This document shows, piece after piece, positions 45,901-55,433 of a DNA stretch of 64,000 nt (the first letter of the stretch is position 1; each line of letters begins with the position of its first letter). Position numbers and translations under genes: made by a program. The notes beneath the pieces were generated by a model. It saw only the letters and a list, made by a program, of their open reading frames with translations, did no database searches and was not told where the DNA came from. The DNA lies in assembly GCA_963976765.1 (NCBI GenBank), contig CAXBME010000024.1, forward strand, positions 1 through 64,000, read 5' to 3'. Source of the stretch: an uncultured Planctomycetaceae bacterium (lineage in GTDB: Bacteria > Planctomycetota > Planctomycetia > Planctomycetales > Planctomycetaceae).

Positions 45901-48900
45901 GCTACTGATTGCTGCTGCCGACGACCGGCGATCACCTGTAACGCAAACGGGCGACTGGCAAATCGCCAGGCCAGTCGTACCGACGCGGGCGACGACGAAT
46001 CAGCAGCCGGCAATGGCAGTTTCTGACTGGCGTCAATCTGAGACAGTCCTGAAACCTGACCGCTGCGAACCTGGAAAGTCTCAGCGGCAAGGACGGCAAT
46101 CAGCCCCGTGTCGCGAGTCACGTCTCGAGCCGCGATAATGGGAAGATCGACGGACTGATCGGCTTCGCCCTGCTGCTTGTCGAGAAACAGTTTCAGGTCG
46201 AGAGATGTTTCGCTGGAAATCGCCGGATTGAAAAATACTTTCAACTGGCGACTTCCATCCCGCTCGTTCAGCTCCCACCCGGCGAGGTGAGGGCCAGCAA
46301 TCTGTCGAACCCGCAACTCGCCCGGCAGGTCAAACGAAAGATCAGACACCGCCCCCTGCGGAACCTTAATCCCCACGCGAGTCGCTTCTGAAATGCCCAC
46401 ATCGTCAATCAGTACGGCTGTTGAACTGTCAACATGCACGATCGAAGCGACCATTCCCTGCTGTTCAGGAGGTCGCCAGGCAATTGTCAGCGGGTTGCCA
46501 TTGCCAACTGGGATTTCGATCGATGGCCCGCCATCGGTCGCGGCACGACGATAGGCACTGGTCGAGCCGTTGACTCGAACATCGAGACCTTCGGCGGGTA
46601 ACCGGAAGACAACTCGCCCCGACTGCACAGCCTTCAGTGGCAACGTGAACTGACCCACTGCCCCATCAACCTGTGCCGGCACAGCGAACTTCAGGTCGAG
46701 TGTGTGCTGTCCCCGGCTCGTCACAATAACGTCAACATGCTGACCCGATTTGTCGGTCCGCATCACAACCGATGCCGGCTTGCCGTCGAGCAACGACTCA
46801 CTCAGCGCGATCGGCCCCAGCGGAACCGACAGCGCGACCTGGCCGTCCTTAAAACTGTGCAGGATCAACGTCGCCGATACCTGCACGGAAGCCGTTCGTT
46901 CGTCGGTCACATTCAGCTGGCAATCGAAGAAGGCTGCGTCAACCAGTCCGCTGGCCGGTGCTGGCCCTTCGATCTTCTGATCCGGGTTCGCGAGATTCCA
47001 GAGCTGGAGGAACTGCTCGCGTGAAAGGAGCACTCGTTGAGCTGAGTTTGCATCAGAACCGGTTTCGTACGGAACGATCACGGAGTCGATCGAAGAAGCC
47101 GGCGGCGGAACAGGCGGTGCCGGCTCGGCTGCGTTGGCGACTGCAGAACCGCTCAAAACTCCAGCAATAATCAGAGCCGCGGTGGTTGCCTTTCTGGCGT
47201 CAACGCTCGAAGTAAATCTCTTGAGCAATTGTCCCGCAGACAGGCTGCGACAAACGGCTCGAACGCCCCACAGAACGACGGCGACCACTGAACCAAGAAA
47301 GATCCCATCCAGAATCGCGTGGAGCCCGCCGGGAGCAACGGAAATCAGCCCCAGCGGAACCGCGATCCCAAGCACGGCCAGGATCGCCCGAGTCCGCACG
47401 GAAAGACTGATCATCAGCCAGAAGAACAAAGCCACCGCCGTCATCAGAAATGTACGGCCCAGGTCAAGAGCATCCCGGTCCTGCCACGCCACGTTAATGC
47501 CGATGCCAGACTCGGCAGTTCGATTTCCGGAATACTCAAACTCGACCGACTCACTGTCCTCAGGAATCTGCAAAGCCATCGACAAAGACAGTAACCCGGA
47601 CATGGATCGATTTCGCCGTGCGCTTTGCTCACCGTCATCAAGTTGATTCCAGAACGACTCTTCCTTCTCTTCTCTCGACTTGTCATTGGCAGCATTTCGC
47701 TGCGCGAACTGGGCTTTCAACTCTGCATTGACTGCGACAGGGTCATTCGGAGCGGACTCTTTGATCTGCTTCGCGACTACCGCCGCTTCCGCAAACCGTT
47801 TCTGCTTGTAGAGTCGGTTGAATTCCGTAACCAGTTCCGGCGGTGCTGTCCCGTCTTCAGGTTCTGATTCATCCAGCACACGTCCTGCGGCGGCAACCTG
47901 CTTTTCCATTTCCTGGGACTCGGGCAATGCTGCCTGTGGAGCTGGTTCTGTTGCTGGCGTGACTGGTACATCAGGAAGCGCAAGGGGACGCTGCATCGAA
48001 AGTTTTCGTTTCGCCTCGACCGGTGCAGCGGGTATGTCGCCAAGCATAGCTCCATTGCCATCGCCTGCGTCGTCGTTGACCGCCGAAGTTTCTCCAAAAG
48101 CATGAAACTCGATATTGTCTTCCATGTCGATGACCGGATACTCATCCGACGTTGCTGCCGACCCGGCTTCATAGGCCATTTGTGAGTCCACGCCTGATAT
48201 TCGCGAATCAGCGACGAAGCTGGTCATCAACCAGCCAAGCATGACAATTCCAGCGACCGCCGCACCGGCACAACCGAGCAGCCCGACACCCAGACGACGC
48301 AACGAGAGGGCGATTGCTCCCACAATCACAAGCAGTGCTCCGGCAATCGAACCGTGCCGAACGAGAGACTGTCGGTCGATCTGTGTGAACCGGTCCTGAA
48401 GGTTGCCGAGCACGCTGACGGAGTCCAGCGCGCGGGTTGGCTCGAACTCACCGTCGCTCGACGTGAGCATCGTTCCGTTGGGGTAGTGGAGCGTCCAGCT
48501 TTGTCGCAACGTCTCCAGTCGCTGCTCGGCACCTTCGCTGTGAATGACCGAAACCTGCGGCGGTGACTGCTGAATTCTTCCGGCAACGCTCAGCGTCGAG
48601 CCGAAGGTTCGGTAAAACAGAACGAGCTGGTGCTGCTGGTCCGGCTCGCCGTTGGTCGGAACCGGCACGATGTAGACACCATTGTTTGATCGGACTTCGA
48701 TCGGGTTACCATCGATCGACGTTGACCAGAGTTCTGACGGAGACTTCAAATCGCCAGCGGACTCAGGCAGTCGCACTCGCAGGCTTTGAGCACCCACGGC
48801 GACAAACTGGAACTCCGCACGATGCTGCATCTCGCCCGTCTGGCCGATCACCGACCGCAGCTTGCTCGAGTAGCAGACGGCGGTTGGTATGGCGACTCGA

Positions 48901-51326
48901 TCGAAGCGGGTTTCCGCGAGGGCCACGGAATGGCCTGGAACATTAAAGCGGTACGCTCCGACGATTCGTTCGCGCGGTGCATAAAATGTCGGGCTGGGAA
49001 CATCAATCGGGTCGACGCTTTGCAGGGGCAGTCCTGCGGCGTTGTTTGTCAGGACTTCGAGCTGCTGATCCGGTGAACCTTCGACGGCAACGTACCCGCT
49101 CATACGCTCGGCGTCGGGCACCGTGATCAGATGAGCGTCGTACTCGTTGGTCTCAGTTCGCGGCGTTGTCGCATCAACCGAAAGAACAACCTGGCCGGTG
49201 ACTCGCTGGTCGAGATTCAACGTCCAGTGTCGCAGTTCGTTTTCCACATCACCGGGAAGTTGCTCGACGATACGAGCGTTTGCTCCGGAGAGCCGGAACT
49301 GCAGATTCTCGCCGGCAGACTCCGACAGACCGACCTTCAACGTTCGCAGTCCACCGCCGGAAATCTCCAGCGTCGCCTGCAGGTGAGACTGCAGAACTTC
49401 TCGATCAAGACGTGTGAAAGTGAGCGACTGAGCGGAAACTCGCGATGGCTTTCGTGAGACGATCAGCAGACCATCGTAGTCCGGCTGCTGGAAGAAGAAC
49501 CGAAGTCGTTCGTTGGTGGCCGTTGTTGGTGCGGGATCGAGGTTGAACACGTCGGAAGTTTTGAGGTCGAGATCATCGCTGCCTCGCACCACGAAAGTTC
49601 CTTCGACCAGCGACGCTTCCGGAATCTGGATGGTGGGCAGTGTGAATTCAGCCGAGTTCTCCTCGATCGGCCAGTCTTCGATTTCCTGAGTCGACATGAA
49701 TCGAAACGAGAGTTCCTGACCGGGTGGCAGCGGGTTGGACAGTGCAATGCGATAGTTGTTCCAGCCGGCTTCGCGTGAGCTGACCTGCCAGGGCATCGAA
49801 CTTCCGTCAACTTCGATCAGCTCGACCCGCCATTCAGCCGGCAGCCCGAAGGTGACTTCAAACAGCGGCGCGAAGTGGCTTTCGACCTGTGTTGCCGCCG
49901 AGAAGGTGACTCCGGTTGGAGCAAGATCGAGTAGCGACGTGACTGTGGCATGAATTTCCCGCTCGCGTGTTTTTGTTTCGAAGGCCAGATTGAAATCTTC
50001 GCGCCACACATCGAATGTCTGCTGGCCAGCCGTGCCCGTTGCCGCACGCGCGCCGTCGGAGTCTGCCAGACGAAGTCGCACTCCAGCCGGGTGCTGAATG
50101 ACGACTCGCCCGATGTGAGATGTGATGTTGCGGAGCGTCAGGTTCGGCACGGCCCAGGGGCGATCAGTTTCGGTCGCCATGACGCCGCGAAAGATCATGT
50201 CGCGACCACCGTCGAACGGCTGTCGATAATTGAGAGTGATCAGCGTTGAATCTGGTGAGTCCGGATTGTCGGTCAGTTCCCAGGACTCAAGGCCGGTGGA
50301 TTCGACGTTGGTAATTTCAAGGCTGTTGGGGATGGTGCAGAAAATCTGGTTGTAAGTCGTACCGAAAACCTGAAGGTTGGTCTTCGCCTGCCAGGTCACT
50401 TCGCCTGGCGAGACATGTAGACCGTAGCCGGTCGACGCGAACGCCAGCGAGTCCGCTCGCTGCTCACCCTGATGCTCGTTGAAGAGCAACCGCAGGCTGG
50501 TAATGCCGCCGACGGGAATCGAGTATGTCGCCGGTTCCGAAACAGGTGCTGGACGATCCAGCGAATGCGAACCCACGACCAGGTGGCGGCCGGCTGGAAC
50601 GGTAACCGTCAACGTACCCGACGGGACCGGAATCAGCTGAAACACTGCCGAGCGATCGTTGCCCGACGCGTGCAGTAATGTCGACAGTTCAAGCTCCAGC
50701 GTGGCGTCGCCCGTTTCGTTATGAAAGAGCGTCAGCACCGATGTCGGCTGACCTTTGCCCTGGGCAGCCATCGTGGTGCGGCCAAGCTTCGCCGGTTTTC
50801 CGTTGACCAGGGCTTTCTCAACGGAGAGCTGGCCGAATGGCAAAGCCAGCGTCGTCCAACCGGTTGAAAACTGACGAATTCGGATTGCGGCTTTGATCAG
50901 CAGGTGATCGCCAGCGATCTCCGCCGAGTAGTCTGCATCGGAAACGGTCAGGCCGGCGGGAAGCCTTGGGGCGGCTGCATCGTTGGCTTGCGCTTTTGCA
51001 TAAAGCGACTGAAATTCGGCGAGGCTGAGCAGAACGCCTTCGCGATCGCCGGTCAGCACGACATCCAGATCGGCGATCGGAACGAACGACTTCCGCTGCG
51101 GAAGACTGCTGTCGGCTGTTTCCTGAGCGGTCGCTGCCTGGATTGAGCATAGACAGAGTGCAAAAAACAGCAGTTTCGTCAGCACATGCCGGGTGCCATT
51201 GCTAACTTGCCCAGCAGTGATTCGGCAGTCGTGTCCCGCACTGCTGGGCAAGTCAGCAGTGGCACACATGCCGCAAGAGGAATCTGGTGATTTCATTCGG
51301 ATTGAGTTCATGGGTTGGTCCCTCAA
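42978..51326 (-). CDS. Giant (2782 aa) membrane-anchored periplasmic protein of unknown function; two homologous modules
   Basis: 8.3-kb ORF; signal peptide (LLFFALCLCSIQAATA); repeated beta-rich domains; about 9 hydrophobic segments; overlaps the stop of the upstream gene. Exact start uncertain. Confidence 0.9.
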   Translation of the reverse strand: MRDQPMNSIRMKSPDSSCGMCATADLPSSAGHDCRITAGQVSNGTRHVLTKLLFFALCLCSIQAATAQETADSSLPQRKSFVPIADLDVVLTGDREGVLLSLAEFQSLYAKAQANDAAAPRLPAGLTVSDADYSAEIAGDHLLIKAAIRIRQFSTGWTTLALPFGQLSVEKALVNGKPAKLGRTTMAAQGKGQPTSVLTLFHNETGDATLELELSTLLHASGNDRSAVFQLIPVPSGTLTVTVPAGRHLVVGSHSLDRPAPVSEPATYSIPVGGITSLRLLFNEHQGEQRADSLAFASTGYGLHVSPGEVTWQAKTNLQVFGTTYNQIFCTIPNSLEITNVESTGLESWELTDNPDSPDSTLITLNYRQPFDGGRDMIFRGVMATETDRPWAVPNLTLRNITSHIGRVVIQHPAGVRLRLADSDGARAATGTAGQQTFDVWREDFNLAFETKTREREIHATVTSLLDLAPTGVTFSAATQVESHFAPLFEVTFGLPAEWRVELIEVDGSSMPWQVSSREAGWNNYRIALSNPLPPGQELSFRFMSTQEIEDWPIEENSAEFTLPTIQIPEASLVEGTFVVRGSDDLDLKTSDVFNLDPAPTTATNERLRFFFQQPDYDGLLIVSRKPSRVSAQSLTFTRLDREVLQSHLQATLEISGGGLRTLKVGLSESAGENLQFRLSGANARIVEQLPGDVENELRHWTLNLDQRVTGQVVLSVDATTPRTETNEYDAHLITVPDAERMSGYVAVEGSPDQQLEVLTNNAAGLPLQSVDPIDVPSPTFYAPRERIVGAYRFNVPGHSVALAETRFDRVAIPTAVCYSSKLRSVIGQTGEMQHRAEFQFVAVGAQSLRVRLPESAGDLKSPSELWSTSIDGNPIEVRSNNGVYIVPVPTNGEPDQQHQLVLFYRTFGSTLSVAGRIQQSPPQVSVIHSEGAEQRLETLRQSWTLHYPNGTMLTSSDGEFEPTRALDSVSVLGNLQDRFTQIDRQSLVRHGSIAGALLVIVGAIALSLRRLGVGLLGCAGAAVAGIVMLGWLMTSFVADSRISGVDSQMAYEAGSAATSDEYPVIDMEDNIEFHAFGETSAVNDDAGDGNGAMLGDIPAAPVEAKRKLSMQRPLALPDVPVTPATEPAPQAALPESQEMEKQVAAAGRVLDESEPEDGTAPPELVTEFNRLYKQKRFAEAAVVAKQIKESAPNDPVAVNAELKAQFAQRNAANDKSREEKEESFWNQLDDGEQSARRNRSMSGLLSLSMALQIPEDSESVEFEYSGNRTAESGIGINVAWQDRDALDLGRTFLMTAVALFFWLMISLSVRTRAILAVLGIAVPLGLISVAPGGLHAILDGIFLGSVVAVVLWGVRAVCRSLSAGQLLKRFTSSVDARKATTAALIIAGVLSGSAVANAAEPAPPVPPPASSIDSVIVPYETGSDANSAQRVLLSREQFLQLWNLANPDQKIEGPAPASGLVDAAFFDCQLNVTDERTASVQVSATLILHSFKDGQVALSVPLGPIALSESLLDGKPASVVMRTDKSGQHVDVIVTSRGQHTLDLKFAVPAQVDGAVGQFTLPLKAVQSGRVVFRLPAEGLDVRVNGSTSAYRRAATDGGPSIEIPVGNGNPLTIAWRPPEQQGMVASIVHVDSSTAVLIDDVGISEATRVGIKVPQGAVSDLSFDLPGELRVRQIAGPHLAGWELNERDGSRQLKVFFNPAISSETSLDLKLFLDKQQGEADQSVDLPIIAARDVTRDTGLIAVLAAETFQVRSGQVSGLSQIDASQKLPLPAADSSSPASVRLAWRFASRPFALQVIAGRRQQQSVATIQHAIQVSRRKIHMASLMRASLKGVPRPGLTFELPEGLLVLSVDATSISDWYVSESDDTNPRTLTIEFTEPLLGNVEVVLEAQVTKFPTDLVVEFAPPFPLELGKPTSYAGVWFDDAYAASPVDSYGWNPIDPQRIPAELLKRNPKPLQYAFRSTAEQAEVIGFDVGRAKSRLVADAVVMTSVADTFLDYSLALNWQVSDAAVDQFTFTTPLWLKDRLNFTGGSIREVTSEVAGEKVRWTLHLQDAVKNRYFVLATATLPPATKKVETPAIGFLDPKFDEYGDLDGFSPMETQRQYVLLINQSQMQLSSRHEASNEPVSASDIPINVGQSLLDQAAELLRIRDSAKLPSWSVRRLEQQAGAPASVNVADLTLSIATDGTWRGQAIYTIRNRRRQFLGIRLPAESRLLSLFVKDQPSRPVVTKLNDLPVHLIPLPKASDSDVSFQVKLVYSGQFESPLPGGFTFRTSELDLPAPKVVTPNESADFGIPVARTLWKVHLPKGVDYSVLDVADRTNVGRADDDESRKAYLNSQFSDLSEMLTIINGSGYTRKSKNVASNNLKQLELGLQNYRESSGASGNDEEAVELQQKIAKFEQQLAENYEQIELYANSPADVDFDMDGVTVFDDQSEGSQRQQVLSNNWALVTSNGAVAVPPNTTAAPPGPPVTESGHGFVPMFSLPRTGEGKQSSSQDSKSLSSYTLSIEEGRGQTQTRSKKDAEQQTDRFSGSSRDMRRQQSLSNVAGLNSFVDFNNGQGVNQNDSSGPMSSNGGGIFGGVGGGGGMGDGQADGLPQMSANVTATDGRMYVNTSRALAQTEQLTGSLIAEIEVLQSIKSQVESNVLLRHRFGHDRHPQWTKVGGLSLPIDIPTSEQSVSFSRVGGEAKLALQIRSRELVDTGVGFVWTIVWLGMAATLIVTFSRVSTARELVRPAVWILFVGGLVCFLILPGEFSGLGFVSFLMGLLALASRFVRAGRTA

Positions 51327-54300
51327 TTCCCGAACTGTTCACGAAGATCGTCAAACACGCCTGGCGGCGGAATCACCACCGGAAGCGACGCTCCCACTTT
51401 CGGACCGGGCGGTGGACCATCGTCAGGAGTTTCTGCGTGTGCAGTTGCCCCGGACTTCCACGAGAAGACTGTATGCAGCACCCAGATTCCGATCAGAGCG
51501 TAGATGCCAAATCTGGCTGCCGAGATGACTTCTGCCGACCAGCCCGGCGAACTCAATCCAAACAGGATGGCGCCGAACGCGGCGAGCAGGATCAGCAGCA
51601 GCTTCGTATCCCACGAGAGTCCTCGCAGCAGGATGGCGATGAGAATCAACGCTCCGCTGGCCAACCAGGTATAATTCGGCTGGCTCGCCCAGGTCAGCAG
51701 GATCGAATTGCGGGAACCAAGACTGCTGTAGCGGAATCGGCTGCCTTCGGTGGGGAAGTCGATAAATCCTGCGACTGGCACACCGACCCACGCGTCAGCG
51801 TCGAAGAGATCGACGCAGCCCCGACGGCGGATGGCCAGCGCGTCAACAACTTTGAGTTTGGTTTCATGGGTGAAGCCGTCCGTGTCGCCTAGCAGGTTGT
51901 AGTCTTCCGGCGTCCACACAACGGTTTGCAGTTGTTGAACGACGACGCCCGAATTCTCGACGCCGCCGACCTGCGGCAGACGCAGCAGCAGCCTGCCACC
52001 CCACCCTTCGAAGGGAGCTCTCACACCAACAGGCGTCATCATTTGCAGCGTCAAGGAAAACAGGTCGTCCGACGAGCCTGGCCTGGCCACGTTCACGAAG
52101 TAGGAATCCCAACCTTCTGTTTCCATCGGCTGAGCATTTTTCTCAGGACTGACCTGCTGCCCATCAATGAAGACTCCCAGCAGTTCGGAACCGACCGGGA
52201 CATCGACCCGCAGTCGCTGACGTTCGCTTGACCGAATGCGGTAGCGGCAGCGGTAGTTCGCCTGCGTGTCTCGACGCGTGACGACTTCCACGAGTGCTCG
52301 CGTGACGACGGTTTCAACGACCTTCTGAATCTCGTGCTTTGTTGACTCAATACGGAAGCCGACTGGCTGTTTGAAATAGCGGTAAGCCAATGACCCGGTT
52401 TGAGGCAGCATGGTCAGCTCGCGGACGTCGATCGCTTCCAGACTTTCGTCGAGCGTCTTCGCGCTGACTGACAGCGAACGATCTTTGCGAACGGCAATCT
52501 CACCCGAAACATTCGAAAGTTCAACGACTCGCTGCTTCTCATCGCTTCCGTCGAGGCCTAGAACTCGCGGTGTCTGGAAGACGATTTCTGATGCTCCGGA
52601 TTGTTCTGCGGCAGCCGGTGCATCATCACCTTTTTCCTCTGCCTTGTTCTCGGCAGCTTCAGCAGGCTTCGCGTCCCACGTCAGTTGGAAGCTGTGCGGG
52701 CCGAGCACGTCTCGCTGCATCGTAACGGTCCAGGTGACCCAACCGTCGACGGCTTCTTCAGCCGGAACTTTCTGCTTGATTGCTGGCGCGGACGCTCCAC
52801 CGAGCGACGTCACCTGAAGACGCTTTGAAACGTCTTCGGGCACGGAAAATCGGAAGACATCAAGCCCCGCGTACTGAACGAGGTATCGCAACTCGGTCGA
52901 AACCTGAACAACTTCTTCCTTGACTTCAATGTTGGTCGCGACTTGAGCTGACAGACGTGTCGGACGCCGTTTGGTCCGCAGAGGAATCTCAACGGGTCGC
53001 CGATTGAACGACCACGCTGCTGCGAGCCGCTTGCCGTCTCGGCTTTGTCCCGGCGGGACCGGCAATGGTTGTGCCGCTTCGAGATTTTCCTGATCGGTGA
53101 TCACTTCCAGAGCTTCCGAAGCGGAGACGTAGACTTCTGCTGTCTCGCGTTCGGCACCTTGCGGCTCAGGAATGGGCAGCGAGAGTTCAAGCGACTCGGA
53201 CGCCTCTTCGAAACTCCGATGCGCCACCAGCCGAATGCCGACATTCACGTCGACGCCGGTCTTCTGCTGCATGACGATTCGCAGAATTCGAGGCCCTTCG
53301 CCTTCCAGATGAAACTCGCGAATGTTGTGGCCCGTTGTTGAATCCACGCGGTCGATTTCCAGCTCGTCCGGCAGTGCCACCTTGAATTCAAACACGCCAG
53401 CGCGTTCGACCTGGTACCCAAGATCGGCCACAAGTTTCAGCTCGTCGTCGCCGAATTCGTAGCGGTAGGCCGATTTCAAAACGAGTCGAGCTTCGACCGG
53501 TTTCGCCAGAACCTGCAACTGGATATTCGAACTGTAGAACTTGAATGTGGCTGCTCCGGCCTGCTTGAGCGAGGCGTGAACTTCGGCGTCTTCGATCCTG
53601 ACCAGACCGGTCACCTGTTCGAACTGCAGCGACAGGTCGCTGGCACCAGCGACCGCCAGTTGTCCGGATTCGCGAACGGCATCGATCGCGTGGATGCCGT
53701 TGTAGTTGCCGTCGGCGTCGCGGCCAGCGAGCTGAATCGCTTCGGCAGGAAACTCCCGCTCCGTGTGAACTTCGATGGAGACCTTATCCGTAGCCGGGTT
53801 GAGAAATTCGACTCGAACCGTTTGCCGTTGCTCACCCGGTTCGGCACGCCAGCCGCGAATTTTCGCATTGCCGGAAGACACCCCGAGAATTCGATGCCCG
53901 ACCGGAACGGCAATGGCCAGTTCAGTCATCTCGCCGCGAAGGATGTCGTAGTTGAGGTACGCGTCGGTGTGAACCAGCCCGTCCCGCAACGTTACCTTCT
54001 GATAGTTGGTGACAGCTGCCAGCAGGTCCATATCTGGTTTCTGGCTGGTTCGAGGATGCCAGCTTGCTGAAATCTTTGTCGTCGCGCCGAGGTTTGCTTT
54101 GACGCGGGTTTCAGTGGCTGCCGCTTCGACCGGAAGCGCGATCAGGTGCGGCTGCACGTTAACGGTCTGGTCGGCTTCCGGGATGGCCAGCTCGAAAGTG
54201 GTGACTCCGACAGCGGGAATATTGAAGTCAACCTGGCGACCGTCGGGAGAGGTCTGAATGGTCGCGGCGAGTTCGATCTCGACCGAATGCTCACCCGTCT

Positions 54301-54922
54301 GACCAAACAGGAGAGCGTACGTCCCATCGCCTGTTCCTTTCAGCAGGACCTGCCTGCCATCTTCGACAGTCAGCCTGCCGACAGCGGCGTTTCCAAACTG
54401 AATGGGAACTTCAACCCACGGCTTACCGAGCACCTGAATCTTCAAGCTCGCTTTGACACGAAGAAGCGATCGATCGACCGTCGCGGCGTAGTGAGATTCG
54501 GTAATGACGGCTTCGACAATGTTCTTTTCGGGAGGCTGATTACCCTGTTGCCAGCGTTTGACGTACTCGGCGTACGGCATGAAAACCGTCGAGCCGTGTT
54601 TCTCAAAGACATCTTTCAGATTTCTGTAGGGGAGATAAATCAGCCGCTCCCAGTCCGAATCGGCAGCAGTGGTTGCAGCTGGCTCGGCAGCGGGAGGCGG
54701 TTCCGGTGAAGGCGCTGCACCGCTGGTCGCTGTCTCATCCTGAGCCGCGGCTGGCGAGTCAACGACGCCAGCAATCAGGAAGACAGCCAGCGCCGCGGCA
54801 ATCAACCGCCTGAGAATGCCTGACTGATGTTCGGTCGGAAAGTGTCCGAAACCGATATTGCCACGGTGAGAGTGCGTTTTTCGCAGCACTGCATTGCAAA
54901 GTAGCTTGCGACACATAATCAA
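51323..54922 (-). CDS. Large (1199 aa) membrane-anchored periplasmic protein, single-module paralogue of the downstream giant protein
   Basis: Signal peptide (LIAAALAVFLIAGVVDSPAAA); same domain order as each half of the 2782-aa protein; three C-terminal TMs. Confidence 0.9.
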   Translation of the reverse strand: MIMCRKLLCNAVLRKTHSHRGNIGFGHFPTEHQSGILRRLIAAALAVFLIAGVVDSPAAAQDETATSGAAPSPEPPPAAEPAATTAADSDWERLIYLPYRNLKDVFEKHGSTVFMPYAEYVKRWQQGNQPPEKNIVEAVITESHYAATVDRSLLRVKASLKIQVLGKPWVEVPIQFGNAAVGRLTVEDGRQVLLKGTGDGTYALLFGQTGEHSVEIELAATIQTSPDGRQVDFNIPAVGVTTFELAIPEADQTVNVQPHLIALPVEAAATETRVKANLGATTKISASWHPRTSQKPDMDLLAAVTNYQKVTLRDGLVHTDAYLNYDILRGEMTELAIAVPVGHRILGVSSGNAKIRGWRAEPGEQRQTVRVEFLNPATDKVSIEVHTEREFPAEAIQLAGRDADGNYNGIHAIDAVRESGQLAVAGASDLSLQFEQVTGLVRIEDAEVHASLKQAGAATFKFYSSNIQLQVLAKPVEARLVLKSAYRYEFGDDELKLVADLGYQVERAGVFEFKVALPDELEIDRVDSTTGHNIREFHLEGEGPRILRIVMQQKTGVDVNVGIRLVAHRSFEEASESLELSLPIPEPQGAERETAEVYVSASEALEVITDQENLEAAQPLPVPPGQSRDGKRLAAAWSFNRRPVEIPLRTKRRPTRLSAQVATNIEVKEEVVQVSTELRYLVQYAGLDVFRFSVPEDVSKRLQVTSLGGASAPAIKQKVPAEEAVDGWVTWTVTMQRDVLGPHSFQLTWDAKPAEAAENKAEEKGDDAPAAAEQSGASEIVFQTPRVLGLDGSDEKQRVVELSNVSGEIAVRKDRSLSVSAKTLDESLEAIDVRELTMLPQTGSLAYRYFKQPVGFRIESTKHEIQKVVETVVTRALVEVVTRRDTQANYRCRYRIRSSERQRLRVDVPVGSELLGVFIDGQQVSPEKNAQPMETEGWDSYFVNVARPGSSDDLFSLTLQMMTPVGVRAPFEGWGGRLLLRLPQVGGVENSGVVVQQLQTVVWTPEDYNLLGDTDGFTHETKLKVVDALAIRRRGCVDLFDADAWVGVPVAGFIDFPTEGSRFRYSSLGSRNSILLTWASQPNYTWLASGALILIAILLRGLSWDTKLLLILLAAFGAILFGLSSPGWSAEVISAARFGIYALIGIWVLHTVFSWKSGATAHAETPDDGPPPGPKVGASLPVVIPPPGVFDDLREQFGN

Positions 54923-55054
54923 ATTTCCTGCAACCCGGAAACGGACGAGGCGGGCGAAGTGGGGAAGTCACGAGGCCATGAACCGTGCCAGCATGAACGG
55001 CGTGTCGCTGCTTAGTAGCATCTACGACAAGCCGTTTCGGGAGTTTAGGACGAT

Positions 55055-55071
55055 TGCACCGACTGTGCCAA
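55055..55071 (-). promoter_or_regulatory. Candidate sigma-54 promoter for the giant-protein operon
   Basis: Minus strand TTGGCACAGTCGGTGCA versus consensus YTGGCACG-N4-TTGCW; exact GG-N10-GC spacing; about 130 nt upstream of 54922. Confidence 0.55.
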
Positions 55072-55433
55072 TTAGACAGCCTTGGCAGTAACATTCCAGC
55101 ATTCTCCATATTCAACTTAGGCTACGACGAGCCAAAGCGCAGAAAGTTTGCCATTTTTTCGGAATGTCCAGGAAGGAAAGCTGGATCAAACTTACCGGTT
55201 ACCCGGCTACAGGCAGCGTCGCCGGTTCTTCCGGCGAGTTTCGCGACGACTGTTATTGAAGGGCCGGTCCCTGTCCTGGTGGCTCGTTCCCAGCTGCCCG
55301 GTAGGAACGGCGAGTCCGAACGAACTCTGCAAGACGCCGCCAGCGACCGTCAAACCGGTCGCACGAACAGGACAATCCGCAGAATTCTGCCGGACCTTGA
55401 TGGCAGGCGTGCAGCCGGACGTTGGGCCGGCAA

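Noticed and set aside
54975..54991. Second sigma-54-like box (CTGGCACGGTTCATGGC, minus strand)
   Set aside because: Good -24 element, but the -12 position reads GG rather than the near-invariant GC.
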